A DNA stretch of 64,000 nucleotides from Bacteroidota bacterium. GTDB lineage: Bacteria; Bacteroidota; Ignavibacteria; Kapaibacteriales; Kapaibacteriaceae. This document shows, piece by piece, positions 42,698 through 52,415 of the stretch; position 1 is the stretch's first letter; every line of letters starts with the position of its first letter. The position numbers and the translations under genes are program-made. The notes under the pieces were generated by a model. That model searched no databases. It was not told the DNA's origin and saw only the letters and a program-made list of their open reading frames with translations. The stretch lies in assembly GCA_041170435.1 (NCBI GenBank), contig JBEAYU010000030.1:1769-65768 (forward strand), given 5' to 3'.

Positions 42698-43804
42698 ATG
42701 TTCGAGAAAGAACTCGACAGAGTCAAACATTCATTGCGGCAGCGGCTCGACAGTGCCCAGCCATACACGTCGTTGCAGTCGATCATTGACCGAAGTGACA
42801 TCCACGCGTCGGTCCGTGCGTTCCTGCAAGCAGAGGCGCGTTGGTGGATTCACGAGGAGCGAGCGATCCGTGCCTCCAATGCACGGTTCGATGTTTCCGT
42901 CGAACCCCTTCGCAGTGCACTGAGTGAGGTCGACGAGATGCTCTACAATTGTGCTCGGTACGACCACGAGGAGCTCCTTTCGACGATCGATGCGGCCGTC
43001 AAGACGCGACTCAACTTCTTGTGTCGGCCGCGCACGACGTTGAAATGGTTCGTCTTTCGAGGCGAGCCCACGAAGCCCCTTTACGAGATCCTCCTTCGTC
43101 TCGACTATTTGACCGATCACGCATATCTCCTTCAGGGCATCCGGCAGTGGGCCATGAGCCGCGGCGCGGAGTCATCGGCAAACGAGATCCTGAGCGTCGT
43201 CGAGTTTGAACGGATCATCGAGCGCATCGACAATGAGGCGATCCTTGATCTTAGTGAAGAAGAATTCGTCAAGCTTCTCGACGGGCTCTATGCCTTCTTT
43301 GCTGAGGCCGATCCGGAGTTGCCACCCGAGAGTGTGCCAACTGAGGCAGTGATCATCTTTCTTGATGATAAGGGGGCGATACCCCTTTCGCTGGAGCTTG
43401 AGCGGATGCTGTACCGTCACGAACTGCGGACTCTGACGCGAGCCAAGCTCATTGAGGTGATCAAGGGAGTGATCGCCGGCATCGATGCACAATCGCCGAG
43501 CTCGCAGCAGGATGTCGCGCCGGTGGCAGGGGGCGATAGCGCTCCCACGTCAGACGATATGCTCCGGCTCCGAACGCGTGTTTTTGAAACATCGATCGAT
43601 CCGGATCAACGCGGTAAGATCCTGCGTAAGGTGTTCCGGGGCGACTCCGAAGAGTACGAATCGGTGGTACGGCGCCTTCTCGGATGCTCCGAATGGCGGC
43701 AGGCGGCAGGAATGCTCGATCGGTACTACGCCAAAAATGGCATCGATCCAGATGCGTCGACGGCGATGGAGTTCGCCCAGGCGCTCCATAGGAGTTATGC
43801 ATGA
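42698..43804 (+). CDS. Hypothetical cytoplasmic all-alpha protein
   Basis: Long ORF with typical codon usage; ATGA overlap with obgE. Start refined to ATG 42698. Confidence 0.7.
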   Translation: MFEKELDRVKHSLRQRLDSAQPYTSLQSIIDRSDIHASVRAFLQAEARWWIHEERAIRASNARFDVSVEPLRSALSEVDEMLYNCARYDHEELLSTIDAAVKTRLNFLCRPRTTLKWFVFRGEPTKPLYEILLRLDYLTDHAYLLQGIRQWAMSRGAESSANEILSVVEFERIIERIDNEAILDLSEEEFVKLLDGLYAFFAEADPELPPESVPTEAVIIFLDDKGAIPLSLELERMLYRHELRTLTRAKLIEVIKGVIAGIDAQSPSSQQDVAPVAGGDSAPTSDDMLRLRTRVFETSIDPDQRGKILRKVFRGDSEEYESVVRRLLGCSEWRQAAGMLDRYYAKNGIDPDASTAMEFAQALHRSYA

Positions 43805-44832
43805 GTTTTATCGATACCGCAGTCATCTTCGTCAAAGCAGGCGATGGTGGTGCGGGACACATCTCGTTTCGGCGGGAGAAGTACGTTCCCAAAGGCGGTC
43901 CAGATGGTGGAAACGGTGGTGATGGCGGTTCGGTGATCATCGAAGCCGATCAACACCTGGGGACGCTTCTAGATTTCACCTATAAGCGGAAATACACGGC
44001 TCAGAACGGCGATCGTGGTGGCAAGAGCAATTGCACGGGAAAGAGTGGCAGTGACGTTGTCATCCGGGTGCCTGTCGGCACCGTCGTACGTCAGCGCGAA
44101 ACTGGCGAGGCGCTGGCCGACATGACATCACACGGCCAGCGTTCTGTCATTGCACAGGGTGGTATGGGCGGTAGGGGCAATTCCGAGTTTGTTACCTCGG
44201 TCAATCAGGCCCCTCGCTATGCCGATCCCGGCACACCCGGAGAAGAGTGCTATCTCGAACTCGAGTTGAAGCTCCTGGCAGACGTCGGGCTCGTGGGGTT
44301 CCCAAATGCTGGAAAGAGCACTCTGATTTCGCGGATATCGGCGGCCAAGCCGAAGATCGCCGACTACCCCTTCACAACACTTGTGCCGAACCTCGGTGTC
44401 GTCCGGGCCGGCGAGGGTAGGAATTTCACCGTGGCCGACATTCCGGGGCTGATCGAAGGTGCTCATGAAGGAAAGGGGCTCGGCATCCAGTTCCTGCGCC
44501 ACATCGAACGCACAGCGGTCCTGTTGTTTCTCGTCGATATCCAATCACCGAACCCGGCAGCGGACCTGGACGTGCTACGCCGCGAACTTGGATCGTACTC
44601 GCCTCATTTGCTTGAGAAACCGTGGATGGTTTGTCTTTCCAAGGCCGACGTCCTGTCAGAGGACGAGCTTCAAGAGGTTGCCGGCGGCGATTTCGCCATC
44701 CCTGTCAGGGCCCGCATCATTTCTGCAGTCTCAGGTCTTGGACTGGCTGAACTCATTGAAGAGCTTTGGGGATACGTCAAAAAGCATAGGATGAATCCGA
44801 ACAGTCAAGAAACTGGCACGTTACTTGATTAG
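43801..44832 (+). CDS. obgE: GTPase ObgE/CgtA
   Basis: FRREKYVPKGGPDGGNGG, GFPNAGKST, YPFTT, DIPGLIEGA. Confidence 0.97.
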   Translation: MSFIDTAVIFVKAGDGGAGHISFRREKYVPKGGPDGGNGGDGGSVIIEADQHLGTLLDFTYKRKYTAQNGDRGGKSNCTGKSGSDVVIRVPVGTVVRQRETGEALADMTSHGQRSVIAQGGMGGRGNSEFVTSVNQAPRYADPGTPGEECYLELELKLLADVGLVGFPNAGKSTLISRISAAKPKIADYPFTTLVPNLGVVRAGEGRNFTVADIPGLIEGAHEGKGLGIQFLRHIERTAVLLFLVDIQSPNPAADLDVLRRELGSYSPHLLEKPWMVCLSKADVLSEDELQEVAGGDFAIPVRARIISAVSGLGLAELIEELWGYVKKHRMNPNSQETGTLLD

Positions 44833-44918
44833 GGTTTTTTGGCGAAAACAGTGTTTTTCGTCGTCGAGGTATTGCGGCTACGTCATGCGTTTTGTTTGGC
44901 GGAACCACCTCGCGGTGA

Positions 44919-44926
44919 TATTTTCG
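44919..44926 (+). promoter_or_regulatory. Candidate -7 promoter element (TATTTTCG) for the large T9SS gene
   Basis: TAnnTTCG variant about 150 nt upstream of ATG 45074. Confidence 0.45.
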
Positions 44927-45073
44927 CAACCGGGGCTGAGCGCATGAGCGAACCGCACCGGGATTCAAAGTGTTTGAACGGCTCGATTTCGAGTCGGCAT
45001 CAAACGCCGTGTCGTTTCAGAAAAGATGAAAAGAATGAAGAACAATAAATCAACGTTTCATTTGGAGGATCGT

Positions 45074-48000
45074 ATGAATCGATTCGATTCCACGTTCTCG
45101 TCCACACAACGGAGTACACCATCGTGGTTGCGCTTCGCGGTGTTGGCGGTTCTGGTCACTGTTGGTTTGACGTCATTTGCACATGCGCAGACGACGATCA
45201 ACCGCGCTTCACCAGCTGGCAATGTCAATCAGGCATGCGAAGGCCAGCAGATCGTGTATAACACGGAGAACTTCGGTACGAGTGGTCAGACGTACACGTG
45301 GACGGTTGTCGGAGGTTTCGTCGTGCAAGGCGCCGGGACGCCCTCGGTGACTGTGCAGTGGCAGAACGTTGGCAATCAGACGCTGACGATCTCACGCAAC
45401 AGTTTTGGTACTGTCACCACGGCCACAATCAACGTTGCTGTGAGCCGCACACCAACCCCGGCCATTGCTGGTTCCAACGTTGTATGTATCAATGCTGAGC
45501 GGACCTACACCACGCTTGGCGTCGCAGGCAGCAACTACACATGGAATGTTAGCCCCTCCAGCATGTGCGCTGTGATTGGCGGAGTGCCCCTTGGTGTTGC
45601 CTCTGGTTCAAACCAAGTGAACCTTCGCTGGATCAATACCGGCACGGCGACTGTGTCGGTCACGGAAACCGCCGTTGGAGGAGTTTGTAGCGCAACGACG
45701 ACCGCGTCGGTGATTGTCAACCCGATTCCGGCACCGAATCCTCAGTCATCTACCGGTTACGGTAGTCCAACGACTCGCCGTCCGGGCATCGTAGCTGCTG
45801 GAACGGTTCACACATACTCCGTGGCAGCAACGCCAGGAAATGTCTTCCTGTGGACCATCACTGGTGGCACGATCACGTCCGGCACAGCTTCGAGTTCGAC
45901 GATCACGGTTAACTGGCCAGCTGCTGGCACTGGTGTTGTGCGCTGCCGTGAAACTGTTCCAGGTTCTGACTGCAGCACGGAGCGTATTGACACTGTGCTG
46001 ATTCGTCCGGTTCCTCAGCCAAACATCACTTCGGGCGGCAATCCGATCGTATCATCTCCGTGTAGCGGTTCGATTCAGACGTATTCGACGGCCAGCGTCG
46101 CTGGGAACACGTATAATTGGACTGTCGGTGGCGGTGGATCTATTTTGAGTGGTCAAGGCACGCCGACGGTTACGGTTCTCTGGTCGGGTACCACGTGGCC
46201 GAATGTCATCACGTCATCGATCTCGGTCACGGAATCAATTGCTGACGCGTTGCCGCTGGGACAAATTGGAACGACCGCGAATCAACAAACAATCTCTGTT
46301 GCCATCAAGCCAAATCCTTTGGCAACGACGATCACGGGTAGCGCATCCGTATGTGCAACGAACCTGAGCAACACCCCTCCAACGGTCAACAACGCCACGT
46401 ACACATGTACGGTGCCGGCCAATACCGGAACCGGCTTCACCGGTTCGGGCACGCTAACGCCAACATGGTCCGTCACGGGAGGAACAATCGTCTCAGGGCA
46501 GGGTACCGCAACTATCACGGTGCAGTGGAACAATACGGGCACAACGCCTGTCACTGGAACGGTCACGTGTGTTCACACATCATCCTTCAACTGTACGTCC
46601 ACCAGTACATTCAGTGTGACGGTCAATCCACTCACGACTCCATCTGTGAGTGGTCCTGCAACCCTCTGTGTCAATTCGAACGCTGAGTACTCAGTCGCAG
46701 CTGCCACAGACAATGTGTTCACATGGGCGATTTCTCCAAATGGCATCATCACGTCAGGACAGGGCACTAACATCCTGCGCGTGCGCTGGCTGGGATCTGG
46801 AACAGGAACTGTTTCCTGCACACAGATTAGTCCAATATTCGGTTGCCCAGTCACGAACACTCGGACGATCACGATTAATCCACTTCCAACCGCCAGCCTA
46901 ACGGTATCAGGCAAAACTTCATTCTGCGAAGGTGGAGACATCACGATCTGTGCACCACTTGGTTTTAATCGGTATGTATGGAGCACGGGAGAAACGTCAC
47001 GTTGTATCGTGGCGCGCGTCAGTGGTCCGTACTGGTGTCTCGTGACAAACGGCAACGGTTGCACAGCATCGTCTGATACGGTTCGTCTCAACGTCACGGC
47101 CGCTCCAGCCCCAACTGTCGCTATCAGCGGCCCAACGAACTTCTGCGAAGGCGGCAGTGTGGTGCTAACCGCACCAGCGGGCTTTGGCTCGTACGTGTGG
47201 ACGAGTGACGATGCGGCATTCAGAGCAACCACTCCGTCAATCACTGTGACTAAGGGTGGTCTGTACCGTGTGAGCGTTGTCAATCCTGCGACAGGCTGCT
47301 CCGGAATGTCTGCCGAGACGGAAGTTGTCGTAAATCCAACTCCAAAGCCAACTCTCGCCGTGACAGGCAACGCAAACTTCTGTGCCGGTGACAGTGTGGT
47401 CGTTACAGCGCCATCTGGTTACCTGTCGTATGCATGGGTTTCTTCTTCGGGCAACTCCTACGGCACGTCCAACCGTATTGTCCTGAGGTCAACTGACACC
47501 GTGCGCTGTGTCGTCGTCGATGTCAACGGCTGTACAGGTTCGTCGGATCCGGTAGGTGTAAAGACTCCACCTCTGGTGAAGCCAGTTGTCATCAGTAACG
47601 GACCAACGACATTCTGTACTGGCAGTGCAGTCACTCTTACGGCCGAAGACGGTTTCACCACATATCTGTGGTCAAACGGTTCAACAAGCCGTGAGATCAA
47701 GATCACTGAGTCTGGAGAGTACTTCGTGACGGTTCTGGACAAGGCGACACAGTGCCCGGTATCTTCCGCCATTGTGAAGGTCGATGTCAATGACCCACCA
47801 GTCAAGCCGATTGTGTCTCGTGTTGGTGATGTTCTGACGGCTGCCTCGTCGTCCAACGTTGAAGCGTGGGCATGGAATTATAATGGTACCCGCATTCAGA
47901 ATGCGATGTCGAGCTCTTACACAGTAACGAGCCCAGGCACGTATTCCGCAGTAGCGATACGCAAGAATTGTGAGTCGACGTCAGAAGACTTTGAGATCGT

Positions 48001-48286
48001 CTTCACCGGAGTTCACGAAGATGTCGTTGCGGGTGCAGCGAACTTTACCGTGTTCCCGAACCCGACAAATGGTCGCGTGAGCATCTCAACCGGTCTCGCT
48101 CTGAACGGCGATGTTCGCATCAACATCACCAATGCAGTTGGCGTCTCGGTCATGTCGGTCAGCGAAGTTGCTTCAGGTGCGGGCTTCACGTCGAGCTTCG
48201 ACATGACGTCGCTCCCAGCTGGTCTTTACAACGTGGTGATCACGAACGGTAGCGAGCGCTGGGTAGTCAGCCTGATTCGTCAGTAA
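45074..48286 (+). CDS. Large T9SS-secreted Thr/Ser/Gly/Val-rich tandem Ig/PKD-like repeat protein (adhesin or surface-layer candidate)
   Basis: GGAGGA SD before ATG 45074; signal AHA-Q; six W-T-V-x-GG..SGQGT..V-x-W repeats, then four FCxG..LTAP.GF..Y.WS repeats; CTD VFPNPT..LPAGLYNVVI..LIRQ. Confidence 0.85.
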   Translation: MNRFDSTFSSTQRSTPSWLRFAVLAVLVTVGLTSFAHAQTTINRASPAGNVNQACEGQQIVYNTENFGTSGQTYTWTVVGGFVVQGAGTPSVTVQWQNVGNQTLTISRNSFGTVTTATINVAVSRTPTPAIAGSNVVCINAERTYTTLGVAGSNYTWNVSPSSMCAVIGGVPLGVASGSNQVNLRWINTGTATVSVTETAVGGVCSATTTASVIVNPIPAPNPQSSTGYGSPTTRRPGIVAAGTVHTYSVAATPGNVFLWTITGGTITSGTASSSTITVNWPAAGTGVVRCRETVPGSDCSTERIDTVLIRPVPQPNITSGGNPIVSSPCSGSIQTYSTASVAGNTYNWTVGGGGSILSGQGTPTVTVLWSGTTWPNVITSSISVTESIADALPLGQIGTTANQQTISVAIKPNPLATTITGSASVCATNLSNTPPTVNNATYTCTVPANTGTGFTGSGTLTPTWSVTGGTIVSGQGTATITVQWNNTGTTPVTGTVTCVHTSSFNCTSTSTFSVTVNPLTTPSVSGPATLCVNSNAEYSVAAATDNVFTWAISPNGIITSGQGTNILRVRWLGSGTGTVSCTQISPIFGCPVTNTRTITINPLPTASLTVSGKTSFCEGGDITICAPLGFNRYVWSTGETSRCIVARVSGPYWCLVTNGNGCTASSDTVRLNVTAAPAPTVAISGPTNFCEGGSVVLTAPAGFGSYVWTSDDAAFRATTPSITVTKGGLYRVSVVNPATGCSGMSAETEVVVNPTPKPTLAVTGNANFCAGDSVVVTAPSGYLSYAWVSSSGNSYGTSNRIVLRSTDTVRCVVVDVNGCTGSSDPVGVKTPPLVKPVVISNGPTTFCTGSAVTLTAEDGFTTYLWSNGSTSREIKITESGEYFVTVLDKATQCPVSSAIVKVDVNDPPVKPIVSRVGDVLTAASSSNVEAWAWNYNGTRIQNAMSSSYTVTSPGTYSAVAIRKNCESTSEDFEIVFTGVHEDVVAGAANFTVFPNPTNGRVSISTGLALNGDVRINITNAVGVSVMSVSEVASGAGFTSSFDMTSLPAGLYNVVITNGSERWVVSLIRQ

Positions 48287-48311
48287 GCTGAATCAAGTCT
48301 CGAAATTCTAT

Positions 48312-48350
48312 CGGCGGGGATGTGCACAGGCACATCCCCGCCGTTGTTTT
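48312..48350 (+). terminator. Intrinsic terminator
   Basis: Perfect 14-bp stem CGGCGGGGATGTGC 48312-48325 / GCACATCCCCGCCG 48330-48343, followed by TTGTTTT. Confidence 0.9.
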
Positions 48351-48459
48351 ATATGGTCTACACCCTGAAGTTTGGTCATTAGTTTTGGGGAAACGAATGT
48401 ATCGCTCGCTGCGTCATAGCAGGTCGATCAGTTACTCGTCACTCCACGTTCCAGTGAGA

Positions 48460-50742
48460 ATGAACACATTCTTCTCGTCTCTGTTCGCATTGTTGTTCTC
48501 AGCGATCTGTGTTTCGGCACAGTGGCGAGAAGTGCCACTGCCGTCCCCGTACAATGAAGGATACTATCTGGATGTGTTCTTCCTACCTGATAACCCAAGT
48601 CTTGGTTGGGTGTGTTCAATGCAGGGTCATGTCATACGTACTGTGGATGCGGGCAGGACGTGGCGTGGTACAATGATTCCAGGTGCTAATCTTGAGTACA
48701 TACAGTTCCTCAATCAGCGGATTGGTTACGCATCGGGACCTTCAGGTGTCTATCGAAGTGTGGATGGGGGGGCGACGTGGTCTGACATCACGCCGCCGTT
48801 TGTCGTTCCAGAGAAGGGTTGGGGGAGTTTCTGGATCAGTGAGCGAGAAGGGATCTACTTCGTAGGTGGATGTGCCACTGGCCTTCAGTTCTTTTATAGG
48901 ACAACCGATTCGGGACAATCATGGTCTGTCTCATCGACGAATGAGCCCAACAGCGGTCTCTCCGATGGAATCATCTCAGAGAATGGAACAGGGTACGCGG
49001 TTAGCAGTGGTGTCTTGTGGGGTACCAACGATTTTGGAGTAAACTGGTTTCGTATCAATTCTACCGGTTCGAAGAGGTGGACAGAAGAGATCGCCGTTTT
49101 TGGCAATTCGATCCTTTTGCCAACATCCGGCACTGACTGTAATGGACAGACTCGTGGCGTAGGATCGCTACGTTTTAGCACAGACGGCGGCCGCACATGG
49201 CGTGAGTTTCAAACACGAGCCAACATGTTTGGCACCTTTCTCAACAGTCCGTCCAGAGGCTGGGGGGTGGGCGATGAACGAGCTGTCTTTGAGACGACCA
49301 ACTTTGGACAGTCTTGGACGCGGAGAAACTGCGGGATTCGTGGCAACATTGATGATATCTGGTTCATCAACGACACCTTGGGTTGGGCGGTCGGTGAAGG
49401 CATCTACGTAAGCCGGCTCGGTGCGAGTGAATCGCGTATCACGATCAGCCCCAATGTTGATACAGCATTTATCTGTGCCGGTGATTCATTACTCTTAGAA
49501 ACCGTGGGCCCATTTGCGCCCTATACGTGGAATGACGGTGTCGTGGCACCGTCACGGATCGTGACGCGACCCGGAAAGTATTCCGTTCAAGCATACGACT
49601 CATTGACATGTGAGAACGTCTCTGACACGATCACCATCAGATTGCGGAGCAACTTCGAGCCCAAGATCGTGGCCTCGAAAAAAGCGATCTGCCAGGGTGA
49701 CAGCATGACATTGTCTGTTGACGGTCCGGTCGTATCATGGCTTTGGTCATCGGGCGATTCAACATCGTCAGTACGCATTGGAAGCGCGGGTCGTGTCACA
49801 TGCACGACGATTGACACGGCCGGTTGCCGCCGGCAGGCTTCATTTGACGTGATCGTCAACGCGTTGCCACAACCGGTCATCATACCCAACAGGAAAACAA
49901 CGATCTGCCGCGATGAGCAAATTGTCCTTGCGGCTGATCGCAGATATTCATCGTACCGTTGGAACACTGGTGAGACTACGAGTACAATCACGACATCCTC
50001 AGCAGGTGATTACGTGGTCGAGGTCATCGATTCGAATGGTTGCGTGGGACGCTCCGAGCCGATTATCGTGACCGTGCTGAATATCAGAAATCAGGCGCAG
50101 TTCATCTTCTCGACCTCAGATCCGGAATACACAATTGAGGATCATGACGTCGGTAGTCTGCGATGCCGCCAGATCCGCGTCTTCAACAGATCCGACAGCT
50201 CTGATCTGATCATGGCGACGGCTCAATTCCAAGGCAACGTCTTCTTCTCCGTCCCTCAGGGTCAATTCCCGCTTGTGATCCCTCCGTCCGGGTTTGGTGA
50301 TCTTACCATCTGCGCTTCTGCGTATGAAGTTGGGCCGATCAGTGACACCCTTCTCTATGTTGACACGTGTTCGGTGATCCGAGTGCCTGTTCGTTCAACC
50401 GGCTTGCCGATAGAAATCAGTGGACTATCTCGGTGCGACCTACCTGTCGAGTCGTCCATCATTCGAGCCGGGACGTCATGGAGGCTGCGAGCCCCTTTCC
50501 CAACGCCGGCAGATGATCGAATCATGCTCGTGGTGAAGAAGGCAGGGACTGATACAAGGGTAGTAACGGTTTCTGTGGTTGACGTAACGGGGATCCAACA
50601 CCTCGGGCCATTCGGTGTCGAAGTTGGCTCTGAGGCCGAGCACCTGATCTGCCTGTCGACCCTTAGCGTGGGCCCGTACATGGTCACTCTAAGCGTCAAC
50701 GGACAGCCCCTTGCAAGCTACCCTATCGTCGTTAGCCGGTAG
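48460..50742 (+). CDS. T9SS-secreted protein: YCF48/BNR-like beta-propeller, Ig-like repeats, C-terminal sorting domain
   Basis: Signal VSA-Q; Asp-box repeats (TVDAGRTW, SVDGGATW, TTDSGQSW, STDGGRTW); ICxGD..Y.WN repeats; PFPTPA..LSVGPYMV..IVVSR. Start refined to ATG 48460. Confidence 0.8.
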   Translation: MNTFFSSLFALLFSAICVSAQWREVPLPSPYNEGYYLDVFFLPDNPSLGWVCSMQGHVIRTVDAGRTWRGTMIPGANLEYIQFLNQRIGYASGPSGVYRSVDGGATWSDITPPFVVPEKGWGSFWISEREGIYFVGGCATGLQFFYRTTDSGQSWSVSSTNEPNSGLSDGIISENGTGYAVSSGVLWGTNDFGVNWFRINSTGSKRWTEEIAVFGNSILLPTSGTDCNGQTRGVGSLRFSTDGGRTWREFQTRANMFGTFLNSPSRGWGVGDERAVFETTNFGQSWTRRNCGIRGNIDDIWFINDTLGWAVGEGIYVSRLGASESRITISPNVDTAFICAGDSLLLETVGPFAPYTWNDGVVAPSRIVTRPGKYSVQAYDSLTCENVSDTITIRLRSNFEPKIVASKKAICQGDSMTLSVDGPVVSWLWSSGDSTSSVRIGSAGRVTCTTIDTAGCRRQASFDVIVNALPQPVIIPNRKTTICRDEQIVLAADRRYSSYRWNTGETTSTITTSSAGDYVVEVIDSNGCVGRSEPIIVTVLNIRNQAQFIFSTSDPEYTIEDHDVGSLRCRQIRVFNRSDSSDLIMATAQFQGNVFFSVPQGQFPLVIPPSGFGDLTICASAYEVGPISDTLLYVDTCSVIRVPVRSTGLPIEISGLSRCDLPVESSIIRAGTSWRLRAPFPTPADDRIMLVVKKAGTDTRVVTVSVVDVTGIQHLGPFGVEVGSEAEHLICLSTLSVGPYMVTLSVNGQPLASYPIVVSR

Positions 50743-50786
50743 TGGCAGGGGGCGAGCGACCCATCGAAACTTCGTAGTTTGCACGT

Positions 50787-51179
50787 ATGGCTACGATCGT
50801 TTCACTCGATCCGCGCGTAACGCGCATGGAGATCGATCAGGATCCGGGATCTGCTCCGGAACCCAAAGCAGAGCTCGATCAGTTTCCCACCTTTGAGGTG
50901 TTCCACCAGGAACGCACCGGCGCGCATCACGTGCACGTTGGATCGGTCCACGCACCGAATGCCGACCTAGCACTTCTGTTGGCAAAGGAGCAGTACGGTC
51001 GGCGAGGACAGACCGTGAATCTCTGGGTGGTCAACACACGCGATGTGGTGACGATGTCGGCCGATGATGCTGACGTCTTCGCAACGACGCCGGAAAAGAA
51101 CTATCGCGATGTGGGAGCATATATGGTTCGAAACAAGGTTGAGGCCTTCAAGAAGCAACAGGGAGATAAACAGGCATGA
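50787..51179 (+). CDS. paaB: Phenylacetyl-CoA epoxidase subunit B
   Basis: FEVF..HVHVGSVHAPNADLALLLAKEQYGRR..NLWVV. Confidence 0.88.
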   Translation: MATIVSLDPRVTRMEIDQDPGSAPEPKAELDQFPTFEVFHQERTGAHHVHVGSVHAPNADLALLLAKEQYGRRGQTVNLWVVNTRDVVTMSADDADVFATTPEKNYRDVGAYMVRNKVEAFKKQQGDKQA

Positions 51180-51931
51180 ATCGTGATGCAGCAACAGACC
51201 TTCTGACGCGCATGGCCGATGACGTGCTGATCCTTGCGCATCGCCACTCAGAGTGGACGGGACTCGGTCCGGTGTTGGAGGAGGATATTGCGTTCTCTTC
51301 GGTAGCCCAAGACAAGCTCGGACATGCCCAAGCACTCTACGCCATCATGCATGAGCACTTTGGTGCGCCCGAGCCCGATGCGATGGCCTTTGGACGGGGC
51401 GAGGCCGACATGCGCTGTTGCCACTTCGTCGAATTGCCCAATGGTGAATACGATTTCTCGCTTGTCAGACACCTGCTTTTCGATGCCGCCGAGTACGTTC
51501 GCTGGAGTGCTCTTCGTGAGAGCTCCTTCGAGCCCCTTGCCAAACTGGCCCATAAGATCCACGGTGAGTTGAAGTACCATCTCTACCACGCCCAAACATG
51601 GATCGTTCAACTCGGTGCTCATGGTTCGGAGGAGTCGAAGGCTCGCATGCAGTCAGCCCTGAACGAAGCTTGGCCTTACGCGCTTGGCCTCTTCGAGGCA
51701 CGTCCGGGGGATACAGGTCTGATCAGCGATGGATTCTTCCCGGGCGAGGAAGCTTTGCGCGAACAATGGGAGGTTCTCCTCCTTGGTATTCTTACCAAGG
51801 CGGGCCTTGCCATGCCCGATGAGCAGGCAGCCGTTCTTGGTGGCCGTGATGGATACCACTCCGAGTATCTCAATCCATTGCTCGTAGAGATGACCGAGGT
51901 CTATAGAATTGATCCATCGGCTCAGTGGTAG
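51176..51931 (+). CDS. paaC: Phenylacetyl-CoA epoxidase subunit C
   Basis: ADDVLILAHRHSEWTG.GPVLEEDIA, ELPNG, ELKYH, GGRDGYHSE. Confidence 0.92.
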   Translation: MNRDAATDLLTRMADDVLILAHRHSEWTGLGPVLEEDIAFSSVAQDKLGHAQALYAIMHEHFGAPEPDAMAFGRGEADMRCCHFVELPNGEYDFSLVRHLLFDAAEYVRWSALRESSFEPLAKLAHKIHGELKYHLYHAQTWIVQLGAHGSEESKARMQSALNEAWPYALGLFEARPGDTGLISDGFFPGEEALREQWEVLLLGILTKAGLAMPDEQAAVLGGRDGYHSEYLNPLLVEMTEVYRIDPSAQW

Positions 51932-51932
51932 A

Positions 51933-52415
51933 ATGACGCAGCAAGACGTACTGGATGCCCTTCAGACGGTGCATGACCCGGAGATTCCGACCATCTCGGT
52001 CGTGGACATGGGAATCATCACGGACGTCGTCGTGGAGGATGATGATCACGTTACGGTGACCATGACACCGACGTTCGTCGGATGCCCTGCTATCGACGTC
52101 ATGCGCTCCGACGTCGAGGCCGCCGTCCGCCGTCTTGGCGTTCAAAACGTTGACGTGTCGGTGACGTTCGATGTGCCGTGGACGACCAATCGATTGACTG
52201 AGAGGGGGCGAGCCGCACTGCTTGAGCACGGACTGGCACCGCCAGAACAGTTCGATACCTTGACGCTGGAACTTGAAGTTCTAAACAATGTCGCCTGTCC
52301 GTATTGCGGTTCACGCAAGACGACGTTGAAGAGCCCGTTCGGTCCAACCCTGTGTCGGTCGTTGCACTACTGTAATGAGTGCCGTCAGGCATTCGAGGGA
52401 TTTAAGCCCGTTTAG
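51933..52415 (+). CDS. paaD: Phenylacetyl-CoA epoxidase subunit D (PaaD/PaaJ)
   Basis: DPEIPTISVVDMGII, TPTFVGCPA, CPYCGS..SPFGPTLCRSLHYCNECRQAFE. Start refined to ATG 51933. Confidence 0.92.
   Translation: MTQQDVLDALQTVHDPEIPTISVVDMGIITDVVVEDDDHVTVTMTPTFVGCPAIDVMRSDVEAAVRRLGVQNVDVSVTFDVPWTTNRLTERGRAALLEHGLAPPEQFDTLTLELEVLNNVACPYCGSRKTTLKSPFGPTLCRSLHYCNECRQAFEGFKPV

Noticed and set aside
45200-47800. CRISPR-like or DNA-level tandem repeat array
   Set aside because: The repeats are diverged protein-domain repeats inside one ORF; no identical DNA repeats with spacers.
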